A DNA stretch of 64,000 bases. Origin: Octopus sinensis. Taxonomy: Eukaryota. A program made the translations under genes and the position numbers. Location of the stretch: the NCBI RefSeq assembly GCF_006345805.1, contig NC_043013.1, positions 15,500,001-15,564,000 of the forward strand, in the 5' to 3' direction. Under the pieces are notes generated by a model. The model had not been told where the DNA came from. It ran no database searches and saw nothing but the letters and a program-made list of their open reading frames with translations. Positions 24,753-37,200 of this stretch are shown here, piece by piece; the first letter of the stretch is position 1; each line of letters starts with the position of its first letter.

Positions 24753-25767
24753 TATTATATATATATATGTGTGGGTGTGTGTGTTGTGTGTGTGTGTGTG
24801 TGTGGTTTGTTCCCCCCCCCCCCAACATCGCTTGACAACTGATGCTGGTGTGCTTACGTGCCCGTAACTTAGGGTTCGGCAAAAGAGACCGATAGAATAA
24901 GTACTGGGCTTACAAAGAATAAGTCCTGGAGTCGATTTGCTCGACTAAAAGCGGTGCTCCAGCATGGCCACAGTCAAATGACTGAAACAAGTAAAAGAGT
25001 AAGAGTATGAATGTACGCGTGTGCGCACGCACACACACACACACGTGTGCGCGCGCGCACGCTCACAGACAGAAGGTGAAGAATGGCGTTTAAAACAACC
25101 GAGCTTTCCCGTTTTGTAAATCTGAATTTGAAGCTTAAATACAATTGATGCAGTCAAGGGAAATAACTCTCAACCATTGTGTCAAAATTTATACTCAGTC
25201 GCCGGTTCTTAACTTTCAATGATGGGTGAAATGGTAGCAAAGATGTTGTTATTACTAATTAATTTTATGTTTGCCAAAGATAGACATCTATTTCTTTACT
25301 ACCCACAAAGGGCTAAAACAAGAAGGGACAAACAAGGACAGGAAAATAGGTATTAAGTCGATTATATGACATCAGTGCGTAATGGTACTTTTAATCGACC
25401 CCGAAAGGATGAAAGACAAAGTCGACGTCGGCGGAATTTGAATTGAACTCAGAACGTAGCGGCAGACGAAATACTGCTAAGCATTTCACCCGGGGTGCTA
25501 ACGATTCTGCCAGCTCGCCGCCTTTCTTTTCGGGAGTATAACCAGGCATTGTGTTAGATCAGTGATGAAAGTATTACCGTATTACTGGTGTAAGACACTC
25601 TCGGGTACTACTAGCGAACAGTGGTCTCAGTTCGCGCATCCGCGCTAGCTAGTCGTGACTAGTCGATCCTTACTTTGTGTTTTTTTGTGTTATTTACTTT
25701 GTTTAAAAAATTATTTACTTTGTGTTTTTGAGTTTTACTTACTTTGTTTAACAAAAAATTATTTACT

Positions 25768-25892
25768 TAGTCCTTAAATCGCAGCCTTGGTTTCTGCCGG
25801 AGTCTCCTTCCATTCGCAAGTTCTCCAAAGAGCATCTGCTTAGGAATCCTTCTATCCTTCATTCTAATAAGGTGTCCAGTCCAAGGCAACCG
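25768..25892 (-). mobile_element. RTE-clade LINE C-terminal fragment
   Basis: [38 protein letters not shown]. Confidence 0.85.
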
Positions 25893-25900
25893 GTATATAT

Positions 25901-25937
<37 letters not shown>

Positions 25938-25995
25938 CAATCCTTAAATCCTTAAAAATTTTTAGCCCGAAGGCCGCGGCCATGCTGGGGCACCA

Positions 25996-26049
<54 letters not shown>

Positions 26050-26088
26050 TATATATGCTGGTGCCCCAGCATGGCCGCGGCCTTGGGC

Positions 26089-26122
<34 letters not shown>

Positions 26123-26966
26123 GATCTTCTTCTTAAAATGTAAACAAATACACGTGATATAAACGGTACTCGTACCGAAAGAATGCCAAAAATTATTTAT
26201 TTTGTGCTTTATTTACTTTGCTACGTAGTCGTTGTATGATTGACTAGTCACGACTAGCTAGCGCGGATGCGCGAGTGCGCGCACCGTGACCACTGTTCGT
26301 TAGTAGTATCCACTCTCGTAAATGACGCACCCTTATTTAACAAGTTGTATTTTGTAGGAGAAAATTTATTATTCTGTGCATGTAAATGCAATATTGTGAC
26401 ATTATCTTTTATCTCTTCCTTGTTTCAGTCATTTGACTGCGGCCGTGCTGGAGCACCGCCGACCTTTGAGAGATTTTATTCTTAGTCGAAGTAATTGGCC
26501 TCAGGATTTATTTTATAAGCATAGTTCCTACTCTATCGCCATCTTTCGCCGAACCACTAAGTTAAAACACATTAACACCTGTTGTTAAGCGATGATAGCA
26601 ATCTCTCTCTCTCACATACACACAACGGGCTTCTTTCAGTTTCCGTCTGCCAAATCCACTCACAAGGCTTTCGTCTCCGATGCTAAAGCGGTCCGAACGT
26701 GGTGGTGGTGGTGGGGGGGTCATCTGGAGTTATCTCCCCCGGTCACATCGTTAACAACGAAGTGGCGCTCGTGCGATAACACCGGATGACCCACGTTTGG
26801 ACATGGATTCAACTACGGTTGGCTACAGCGGACAACACTTGCCAACATGCCACGTAGCAGGACTGAACCCCGAGCCATGTAGTTATGAAGCATACTTCTT
26901 ACCTCCCAGACACACCTGCGCCGTATATATATAACACCTATATGTACACACACACACACACACAAT

Positions 26967-27038
<72 letters not shown>

Positions 27039-27810
27039 GCACACGCGTGCACACACATGTATGTATGTATGTATCTATTTATGTATGTGTATACACATAT
27101 GTGTACACATATGTCTACACAGAATTTGGTATGCACACAATTAAGTTGGCCCGAGGCTATAGTAGACACTCGCTCAATGTGTCACGCGGTGGGACTGAAC
27201 CCAAAACCATGTGGTTAGGAGGCAAGGTTCTTACCACACAGCCACTCCTAAGATTTTGAACTACGTTACGGAATCACTGCATTTCAACATTATCTCCTTT
27301 CAGATCAACCGTGTAATCGTTTATATTTTGGTAAAGGGAATTACCATACAGAATGTAAACCTCGTGTTTTTGACCGTGATGTTTTGTATAACCGCGATTG
27401 GCCACCAGGGTCCTGCACCACTGCTATGTTTTTGTTGTTATTCACTCGCAAATAACTGTCAGCTGGATGGAATCTTGTGGCTGTGTGATAAGGACACATG
27501 GTTGAAGATAATTGAGGCTATAGTTGGAGGCAAGGTGCCACCACGTGGCACCTTGTGCAATTGTCTTCTACTATAACCTCGGGCTGGCCAAATCGTTGGG
27601 AGTGGATTTGGTTGACGGAAACTGAAAGAAGTCCGCCGTATATATATATATATATAATAAAAATTTACTTGGAGAATAAGAAACGACGCGAGGCGTTCAG
27701 TCATATAATAACATTTAATAAATAAAACATATCACACATACATATATGTACATACCTACATCTATATGTATATATACATGCATCTATATATATATATATA
27801 TATATATATA

Positions 27811-27860
<50 letters not shown>

Positions 27861-28162
27861 TGTAGGTATGTACATATATGTATGACGTATGCATATGTTT
27901 TATTTATTAAATTGTTATTATATATATATATGATCTTCTTCTTAAAATGTAAACAAATACATGTGATATAAACGGTACTCGTACCGAAAGAATGCCAAAA
28001 ATAATTTATTTTGTGTTTTATTTACTTTGCTAGGTAGTCGTTGTAGAATCGGCTAGTCACGACTAGCTAGCGCGGATGCGCGAGTACGCGAGTGCGAGCA
28101 CTGCGACCACTCTTCTTAAGTAGTACCTCAAAGTCTGTGAAGATGGAAAATTCTTTCAAATG

Positions 28163-28251
<89 letters not shown>

Positions 28252-28273
28252 TTGTGTGTGTTGAATGCGAAAC

Positions 28274-28419
28274 TTCCGATATCCACATATGTACCGGAAA
28301 TATGTATACTTCCGCCACTTCCGCCTCCTCCTGGGCCCGATTTATCATAACAGCCATTAGGATTATAAGCATCACAAGATACCGACGTCGATTTACAAGT
28401 TGATGGACACATGAAGCAA
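28274..28419 (-). CDS. Exon CFMCPSTCKSTSVSCDAYNPNGCYDKSGPGGGGSGGSIHISGTYVDIG (2->1); alternative donor after 28295
   Basis: ttcttccgaacag acceptor and GGGSGGSIxI motif. Donor ambiguous (GGAA|GTTTCG or TCCG|GTACAT, both phase 1); the longer form fits the repeat spacing better. Confidence 0.85.
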
Positions 28420-28487
28420 CTGTTCGGAAGAAAAAACAGAGAAAGCGGAGAAAGAGAAGAGAGGGAGGGAGAGAGAGAGAGACAAAA

Positions 28488-28525
<38 letters not shown>

Positions 28526-29183
28526 GGAAGAGAGGGAGGGAAAGGAAAATGAATAAATTAATAGCACAGAAAAGATTGCGACACCTCACTATTCCATCCA
28601 CAAATACACACACACACACACACACACACCACACACATGCACACGCATATGAACCTAGAATTACGAAAACATATATGCATGTGTGGGTGTGTATATGTGT
28701 ACATACATGCATACACACATAGACACGCACACAAACACGCATATATGCAAATATATATATCAATAATGAGAGAACTTTTGAGATTGAGCTTGTTATATTT
28801 TATTAACGCATTGCTACGTACGTTTCTGCATAACACGTGTTTGTTTTTGACGACATTCTCAAATCTACAGCATACTTTTAAATACTATTCATATCTCTGG
28901 ATCTTTGGAGAGTCCATTATTTCACATGTATGCTTTCTTCAGACATTCTGCCTTAACACCTAGGGATATCTTACACTCTCTTTTACTCTTTTACTTGTTT
29001 CAGTCATTTGACTGCGGCCATGCTGGAGCACCGCATTTACTCGAGCAAATCGACCCCAGAACTTATTCTTTGTGATCCTAGTACTTATTCTATCGGTCCC
29101 TTTTGCCGAACTGCTAGATTACAGGGACAAAAACACACCAGCATCGGTTGTCAAGCGATGCTGGGGGGACAAACAAAGACGCA

Positions 29184-29233
<50 letters not shown>

Positions 29234-29795
29234 ACTGGCTTCTTTCAGTTTCTGCCTACCAAATCCACTCACAAGGCTTTGGTCGCCCCGAGGCTATAGT
29301 AGAAGACACTTGCCCAAGGTGCCACGCAGTGGGACTGAACCCGTGTGTGTGTATGTGTGTGTGTGTGTGTATGCGCGCGCGCGCGCGTTTCTTTGTGGTT
29401 GTTTCTCCCCTACCAACGCTTGGCAATCGGTGTTGGTATGTTCACGTCCCTGTAAGTTAGCAGTTCAGCTAAGGAGAATGATGGTATAGGTACCAGGTTA
29501 AAAAAAATATAAGTACTGGGGTCGATTCATTCGACTAAAAATTCGACAAGGCGGTGCCCCAGCATGGGTACAATCGAATGACTGAAACGAGTGAAGAGGG
29601 CATAATACATACACACAGATACATACACGTGTGTGTAGAGGTATGCGTTTATAGACGATCACAAGTCGTGTTTGCTGGTGTAAGGGAGGTAACTCCTGCT
29701 GCCAATGCCGACTACCGCATAGCTAAGACTTCACGAATATGCACACACGCACATACGTCGCGCACACACACTCACACACTGACTATGTGACTTAC

Positions 29796-29913
29796 GATCC
29801 GCGGACAGGATCTCCAATTCCGTCGCCACCTCGGGCTGTAAGCTTTCCTTTTACAATAACTTCGTCTTCGGATGTCAGAGATATGGCACCTCCACCACTG
29901 CCACCATCGCCAC
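29796..29913 (-). CDS. Gly-rich exon GGDGGSGGGAISLTSEDEVIVKGKLTARGGDGIGDPVRGS (1->2)
   Basis: cactag acceptor, TC|GTAAGT donor, 118 nt, GGGAIxL...GxLxAxGG repeat. Confidence 0.9.
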
Positions 29914-29916
29914 CTA

Positions 29917-29939
29917 GTGATTAAGACATAATAATAATA

Positions 29940-30004
<65 letters not shown>

Positions 30005-30138
30005 TAATAATGATAATAATGATAATAATAATAATAATAATAATAATATAATATAATGATAATAATAATAATAATATTAATAATAATAATAATATAATAA
30101 TAACAATAATAATAATAATGATAATAATGATGATAATG

Positions 30139-30172
<34 letters not shown>

Positions 30173-30226
30173 TATAATGATAATAATAATAATAATAATA
30201 ATAATACAATAATAATAATGATAATA

Positions 30227-30257
<31 letters not shown>

Positions 30258-30303
30258 TAATGATATCATGATAATAATATAATAATAATAATATAATAAT
30301 ATA

Positions 30304-30338
<35 letters not shown>

Positions 30339-30510
30339 TAATAATAATAACAATAATGATAAAATGATGATAAGATATAATAATAATAATAATAATATAA
30401 TAATAATAATAATGAGATAATGATAATAATAATAATAATAATAATAACAATAATAATAATGATAATATAATAATAATAATAATAATAATAATATATAATA
30501 ATAATAATAA
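29917..30510. repeat. Long (AAT)n microsatellite; others at 18295-18810, 17340-17475 and 21385-21535
   Basis: Direct reading. Confidence 0.97.
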
Positions 30511-30511
30511 A

Positions 30512-31066
30512 TGCCCTGATGCAGTACCAGGCAGTGGCTCTCATGGCTTCTGATCTTAACTGATTGGAAGTGTTATCATGTACATTGTTTTGTCTTAGTA
30601 TAAAAGATGGGCTACAGCAAATATTCTGCTCAATACCACAGATTTGCTTGTCAGTTGTTTGACCTTAACCAGTTGAACATGTCCCTTTGTGGCTGACGAT
30701 ATGTGCATCTCTGATGAGGAGCAGAAGTAGTGGGGAAGCATCATAGCCATGTGTTGAGAGGGATTCTTTGGGGTTTGAATAATTCACCTCCGGAAACATG
30801 GGTGGTTCTTTCAACATCCTTAAACAACTTTTATTCAGGGACCTTTTGAGCGGGATGGGCTACTCAGCCTGAAGAAAATTCTAACTGGACCCTACCTGCA
30901 AGGTCATGAGTTGTTTATCTTGATATGAGATCATCATGTCGCGCACATATGGTTGTGATGCATGTGCCTAGTGTACCCTTATCAGACGGGTAGTCATGAT
31001 GGGTATATTGGGCTTTGTATATTTTACCCCAGGGTCACTTTGATGGCATGCACTGCTCTCACACTC

Positions 31067-31068
<2 letters not shown>
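30512..31068 (+). mobile_element. About 550-bp non-coding retroposon-like element bounded by (AAT)n; other copies 1334-1850(-), 10796-11185(-), 17747-18295(+), partial 32130-32320 and 44902-44940
   Basis: Shared 5' gccctgatgcagtacc and 3' gtcactttgatggcatgcactgctctc(t/a)cactc-(AAT)n ends across copies. Confidence 0.85.
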
Positions 31069-31099
<31 letters not shown>

Positions 31100-31681
31100 T
31101 CATTCTTTTATTGGCCACAAGTGCTCACATAAAATTACATTAACAGATATACAACAACATAAAAGACAAAAGCAGGGTCAAATTCTCAAGACCAAAAATT
31201 TTTAGGGCTGGAGATTTGTCGATTGCATTGATCCAAGAATTTGACTAGTATTTTATTTTATCACCCCTGGAAGGATGAAAAGCAAAGTTGACCTTTGCGG
31301 TATTGGGACTCGAAACATCAAGAGCCAGAAGATATGCTGTTAAGTGTTAAGGTGTTTGGTGATTGCACCGATCACAGAACTTGATTGCTCTTCATCTTTT
31401 TTCAACTCCGGGTGGATAAAAAGCGAGGTTCAGTTCATTTCTATAGGATTTGATCTCAGACTGCAGATATTCGAAACTATGCCCAAGACCTTCTAACATG
31501 TCTACTTCACAGAAGTAAAACCTGAACCCGGATGAGATTTGAGCTTTGCATGTAACGAAAGATAACCAAATCACAATGTATTTTATGCAACACATTACTG
31601 AATTTGCCACCAATCTTATTTTGTAACTTATGTAACTTCTCCATCCATGAATAATAAAAAAAACCAATAAGCGAGTCTAAC

Positions 31682-31830
31682 CTCTAGGAGAATGATCCAT
31701 GCTGAGTGGATTTCCACCACTTCCGCCACCTGATCCCATATACAGAAGACTGAACTTTCCACTGTATTTATTGGTCTCGCCAGCTTTACCAGAACCTTCC
31801 GACTTGGTCAACTTTGCTGAACCGTCCCGT
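31682..31830 (-). CDS. Gly-rich exon RDGSAKLTKSEGSGKAGETNKYSGKFSLLYMGSGGGSGGNPLSMDHSPR (2->1)
   Basis: ttttcag acceptor, AG|GTTAGA donor, 149 nt, LYMGSGGGSGG motif, phases match. Confidence 0.9.
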
Positions 31831-31839
31831 CTGAAAATG

Positions 31840-31870
<31 letters not shown>

Positions 31871-32006
31871 GGCACTGCACACATCCTACGCAGAACACTT
31901 TCCATACAATAACCATCAGAGCATCACAACAAATCACAGTACATACCCAAGGCACACACAGCTGCGCTCGGTAGTGAAGTGAAAGCACGCTATAAAAATA
32001 AAACTA

Positions 32007-32059
<53 letters not shown>

Positions 32060-32399
32060 CAACAATAATAATAATGGTTTCAAATTTTTCAACAACGGCA
32101 GCAATTTTAGAAGAGAGAAGATGAAGAAAATTCTAGCTGGGTCTCACCTGCAATGTCATGCGCTGTTTATCTTGATATGAGGTTACCATATCGTGCACAT
32201 GTTGTTGCGATGTATGTGCCTAGTGTACCCTTATCAAACAGGTAGTTATGATGAGTATACTGACCTCCATATATTTTACTCCAGTGTCACTTTGATGGCA
32301 TGCACTGCTCTCTCTCACTCAACAACAACAACGATAATAGCAAATATCCACTAACCCCATCGAGAGAGGTAGCTAGTAGATTATATCACACCCAGTACT

Positions 32400-32770
32400 C
32401 TACTTCCGAAATTTTACCCCTCGCACTAAAGAGGCTACTCGTGATAAACAGTTCCCTCATTCTAAAATAGGTCCCATATACAACAAAAGCACCCCGCGTT
32501 TTAAAAAGATCCCACGTACTAAAAATCCCTCATTCTCAAATGGTGCCACCTTCTAAAAAGGCCCATCTTTCTAAAAGAGGCCCGCATTCTAAAAAAAGTC
32601 CTTCGTTCAAAAAAGTTCCTCGTTCTAAAAATGCTCCTTATACTAAGAAAGTCCCTCGTTCTAAAAAGGTCCCTCATGCCAAAAAAGATCACTCGTATTA
32701 ATAAAGCATCCTTTTTTTAACGAGGAACCCTCGTCCTAAGAAGGCCCCTTCATCTTTTATAAAGGCCCCG
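32400..32770. repeat. Degenerate minisatellite of about 20 bp (consensus near AAAAAGGTCCCTCGTTCT)
   Basis: About 15 diverged units immediately 3' of the donor of exon 32828-32945. Confidence 0.7.
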
Positions 32771-32827
32771 CATTTCTGACGCAGAGAATCAGTTATTAGG
32801 TTACAAGAAAGGAAGTGGTTCACTTAC

Positions 32828-32945
32828 CCAGCTGTCCCGTGACTACCCCCACCACCGGGTCGGCCGGCAGCTGTGTTGTTGACCTGACCAAGACCGCCTC
32901 CACCTCCTCCGGCGTTCGAGTCTGTTGACATTCCACCAGGCTGGT
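32828..32945 (-). CDS. Gly-rich exon NQPGGMSTDSNAGGGGGGLGQVNNTAAGRPGGGGSHGTAG (1->2)
   Basis: ttacag acceptor, GG|GTAAGT donor, 118 nt, GC-rich island in AT-rich DNA, phases match. Confidence 0.9.
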
Positions 32946-33394
32946 CTGTAATCAACAACCAATATATTATCAAGTAAAGGATAAAAAAAAACACACATTA
33001 CACAAAACAACAACAACAATAACACCAAGTGGAAGTGCAATGGCCCAATGGTTAGGGCAGCGGACTCGCGGTCAGAGGATCGCGGTTTCGATTCCCAGAC
33101 CGGGCGTTGTGTGTGTTTATTGAGCGAAAACACCTAAAGCTCCATGAGGCTCCGGCAGGGGGCTGTGTGACCCCTGTTGTACTCTTTCGCCCCGACTTTC
33201 TCTCACTCTTTCTTCCCGACTTCCTACGCAACCACTGAGCCTAGATGCACTTCCATCCATCCGTCGATGCTCTCGGTGTCGGGGGTTGACCTGCTTCCTC
33301 TTCTGCGGGTCTTACGAATAGCAAAGGACCACGTTTCGGACTTCTCTCATCTTGCGAGCTCTGGGATGAAGACCGCTTCGCTCAACAGCAACAG

Positions 33395-33426
<32 letters not shown>

Positions 33427-33479
33427 GTAGCAGCAGCGACGACGACGACAACGACGGCAACAACAACAGCAAGAACAAA

Positions 33480-33521
<42 letters not shown>

Positions 33522-33684
33522 CGTCTTCGTTGCTGCTGCCGCTGTTGCTGATTTCAGTTGTTTGCGACCAAGGCGGCAGATGAAATATGATTTAAATACA
33601 AACATGAAATGTGGGGATTTACATGGAATCGGATGTTTTAAAAAAAAGTCACATGTAAGTTTATAAGGTCTAGAATATTTACCA

Positions 33685-33715
<31 letters not shown>

Positions 33716-33718
33716 CTA

Positions 33719-33806
<88 letters not shown>

Positions 33807-33809
33807 ATA

Positions 33810-33840
<31 letters not shown>

Positions 33841-33857
33841 GTAATATATATATATGT

Positions 33858-33897
<40 letters not shown>

Positions 33898-33915
33898 TGT
33901 ATATATATATATAAT

Positions 33916-33997
<82 letters not shown>

Positions 33998-34634
33998 ATG
34001 TATATATACATGATGTACTGCATAAAAAGATAAAGTCATGCTGATGCAACCCTCCTGAAACAGAAGGATCTGCAGGGCTAATCAAGGAATTCCACCATCC
34101 CAGATCTTCCTGGACACCAAAAGCAAGCGTTCTCCCTAATGTCCTTCTCCAGCACCCAGGCTTATTATACTTAAAGATGTGTCATCCATTCTTGCCATTT
34201 TCGGAACTTTCACCACCAACGTTTCAATAAATTCGCTCCTTTTGATTTTCAAATAAAACTTGGAAAAAGATGGTAAGGGCTCTGCCAAAGAAGACCGTCT
34301 CTGTTATACCTTTCAGCCTAGTCTACCAGATAGTCCTTCTCGCTACAACCGACTGACGAAGGGAAACAACCTTCCCTCTCTTGATAGCGGTAGTGTAGAC
34401 GGGGCAGTCATTAAGATGGACTCGGCTGATAGTCGGATCTGTTCCACCCAGATACTGAGTGCGTGCGGAGCAGTTTCGTCTTTCTATCCATCTATTCTGG
34501 CTTTTAATTTATTTTGTCCCTTTTTTTTCAATACTGAAAATTTCAACTACACGATTCACTCAGAATAGTAATTTAAATTCTGCGAGATATTTGCTGTTTT
34601 CTTTTAAGGTTTTACATCTGTTTCAATTTATAAA

Positions 34635-35153
34635 TAACTAGCAGTATCGCCCGGCGTTGCTCGGGTTTGTAAGGGAAATAACTATATAAGCATTTTTAGA
34701 GAGTTACTTCCCTTATAGATGCCAATTCGGGCTTTCTTAGCCATTTCTGTTTTGGTGTCTTCAAGCCACGAAGTCGTTGTTCTAAAAAGAACGCTGGTCT
34801 CCTTGACAACGCTTTACGACGTTGATTTCCTTACACTCCCTTCCCCACAGCTTCACGAGGGAGGGAAGAAGGGGGAGAAGCAAACAGGTGCAGGTGTGAC
34901 CATGGACGCCAACTCCGCCGCCATCGACACACGAAAAATTATGCATTAAAATGGAATAAAAAAATGATGTTAAATTATTTTAAAAATCGTAGACTCATCG
35001 TAGACGCGCGCTAATACTCAGACGGGCTCGATATGAATCACGACTATAAGATACCCGAATTTGGTTAAACTGCACCGCAAAATGTGGGAGGAGTTAGGAA
35101 TCTAAATCGAAGGGGACAGACACTCACACAACTACAGTTTTATATATATAGAT
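34635..35153 (+). mobile_element. Non-autonomous Helitron/Helentron-like element
   Basis: 5' TAACTAGCAGTATCGCCCGGCGTTGCTCGGG hairpin and 3' TTTTATATATATAGAT, end features typical of such elements. Confidence 0.65.
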
Positions 35154-35174
35154 TTGGAATAGTTGAATACTCAC

Positions 35175-35280
35175 TGCTGTAAGAATCTCCTTGTCTCCCA
35201 TTATCTCCATTCTTATTCGAAGTCCGGCCGCCGAAGTATCCAGCACCATTAGCGTTCAGTTCACCATAAATGTATATATT
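35175..35280 (-). CDS. Exon NIYIYGELNANGAGYFGGRTSNKNGDNGRQGDSYS (0->1)
   Basis: IxIxGxLxAxGxGYxGG motif, A|GTGAGT donor, 106 nt, phases match. Confidence 0.9.
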
Positions 35281-35557
35281 CTAATGTAACAACAAAAAAA
35301 AAAACAAAAATGCATTTGGGTAAATAAGTGCACAGTGTTAATTATGAAGGAGATCGGAAGGTTAGCTCTGATGGCATGAAATTACCACAAGACAACATCA
35401 TTAGATTTCTGTGGAATAGTGAGGGACAAATACAAAAAAAAAAAAAATGCGGCAATACTATTGGATAATGGAATGGGAAATGAAATAGAAAATCTCTAAT
35501 GAGTACAGGAGGAGATTTACAAAGGTGCTCAAAGCAAAATTAAATGGAGGGAATACC

Positions 35558-35782
35558 TATTTCTTTATTACCCACAAGGGGCTAAACACCGAGGGGACAA
35601 CAAGGACAGACATAGGTATTAAGTCGATTACATCGACCCCAGTGCAGAACTGGTACTTAATTTATCGACCCCGAAAGGATGAAAGGCAAAGTCGACCTCG
35701 GCGGAATTTGAACTTACAACGTAACGCAGACGAAATACCGCTAAGCATTTCGCCCGGCGTGCTAACGTTTCTGCCAGCTCGC
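35558..35782 (-). mobile_element. Second SINE family; copies 17490-17715(-), 25290-25525(-), 1118-1262(+), decayed 63330-63480(-)
   Basis: GGCGAGCTGGCAGAA...GAGTTCAAATTCCGCCGAGGTCGACTTTGCCTTTCATCCTTTCGGGGTCGATAAA shared across copies. Confidence 0.88.
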
Positions 35783-35879
35783 CACTGGAATACCGTTAAA
35801 GCATTAAATACATGACTATGCCAGTATTAAGATATTCTACTCCCTTTCTGAAATGAACGAATGTCGAGATACAAAACTT

Positions 35880-37012
35880 GGAATAGAAGAGCCAGAAATA
35901 TGCTCCCAATGCACAACGCATACCATCCTAAAGGTAATACCGACAGATTCTATGTTCTAAGAAAGGAAGGAGGCCGAGAATTACTACGTAGAAGACACTG
36001 TTAGTACCGCAATATTGGAATAGAAAAATGATGCTGTGCGTAGTGAAGAAATAATATCGACAGCCAGAGATATCTCAAAAATTACTTAAACAGTAGAATT
36101 CAAGGAGAGTAAGAAGGACAACATAGCAAGCAGATAGAAAGAAATGGAATTACATGGCCAATTCATACAAAAAACTGAGGATGTCGGAAGTAAAGAACGC
36201 TGGCTCTGGCTGACGGACGGAACTTGAAACGAGAATCTGAAGCGCCAATTACAGCCGTTCAGGAACAAGACTTTAGGACAAATCTGACGAAGGCAAAGAT
36301 CGACAAAACTCAGTCAGACAGCAAATATAGGATCTGTAGGAAAAGAAACGAAAGTATCAATAATATTTTGAATGAGTGCAGTAAGGTAGCACAAAAACCA
36401 GTATAAGCGCAGGCATGATTCTGTACGCAAAAGAATGCATTGAGATGTTAGCCGAGTGTGTTGCTTCGAAACAACAGAAAAGTGATATGAAAACGAACCA
36501 GTGGCTATAACAGAGAATGAGGATTATAGGATCTTATGGGACTTCTCCCATAAAGACTGTTCATACAACTGAAGCTAGAAAGCCAGATGTGATTATCGGG
36601 GACAAAATAAACAAGCATTCTCGGTTTGTTGCCATGTAATTCCATTTCTTTCCATTTGTCTCAATTTGTTTGGTCTATTGTTCTTCCTTCTCTCCTTGAA
36701 TTCTCCTACAGTTTCAGTTATATTTTGGGAATCTCTACTTGCCGATACTATATTTTCGTCCCCACCCCCACAACATAGTTTTTCAACCCCAGTGTCATCC
36801 GTGTTTGAGAAATATCAGGATCTAGTCAGAGAGCTGAAGAGACTGTGAAAGACTAAGATAATTATTCCTGTAGTATTTGGTGTGCTTTGCTCAACACCAA
36901 AAATGATACTTAAAAGACTGAAAAATATTGGAATCGAGATTCGCATTGTCGACCTGCAGCAAAGTACTACCGTATTTTCTACAAGAATCTTAGGAAACGT
37001 TCTTGAGATTTA
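35880..37012 (+). mobile_element. Degenerate Dong/R4-clade LINE fragment with internal inversion
   Basis: HPKGNTDRFYVLRKEGGR, LHGQF, CRICRK..ESINNILNEC, ILWDF, KYQDL..EL.RL motifs. Confidence 0.8.
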
Positions 37013-37096
37013 GGAAACTTGTTATCACCACACCTTAAGATAACGTTCCTGCTAATTAAACCAGCATGATGATAATAATAATAAACTTGCACGTAC

Positions 37097-37200
37097 CTGT
37101 GCTTCAACTTCTAAGTGTCCATGTGCAGTTCCGTTCCAGTGATGGACATAAACTTTAATATATGGTTTAATAAGAAATCTTTTGATGTTGCAGTGACGTC
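37097..37200 (-). CDS. Exon GRHCNIKRFLIKPYIKVYVHHWNGTAHGHLEVEAQ (1->0): entry into the Gly-rich repeat region
   Basis: ttttatcag acceptor, CAG|GTACGT donor, 104 nt, phases match. Confidence 0.88.
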
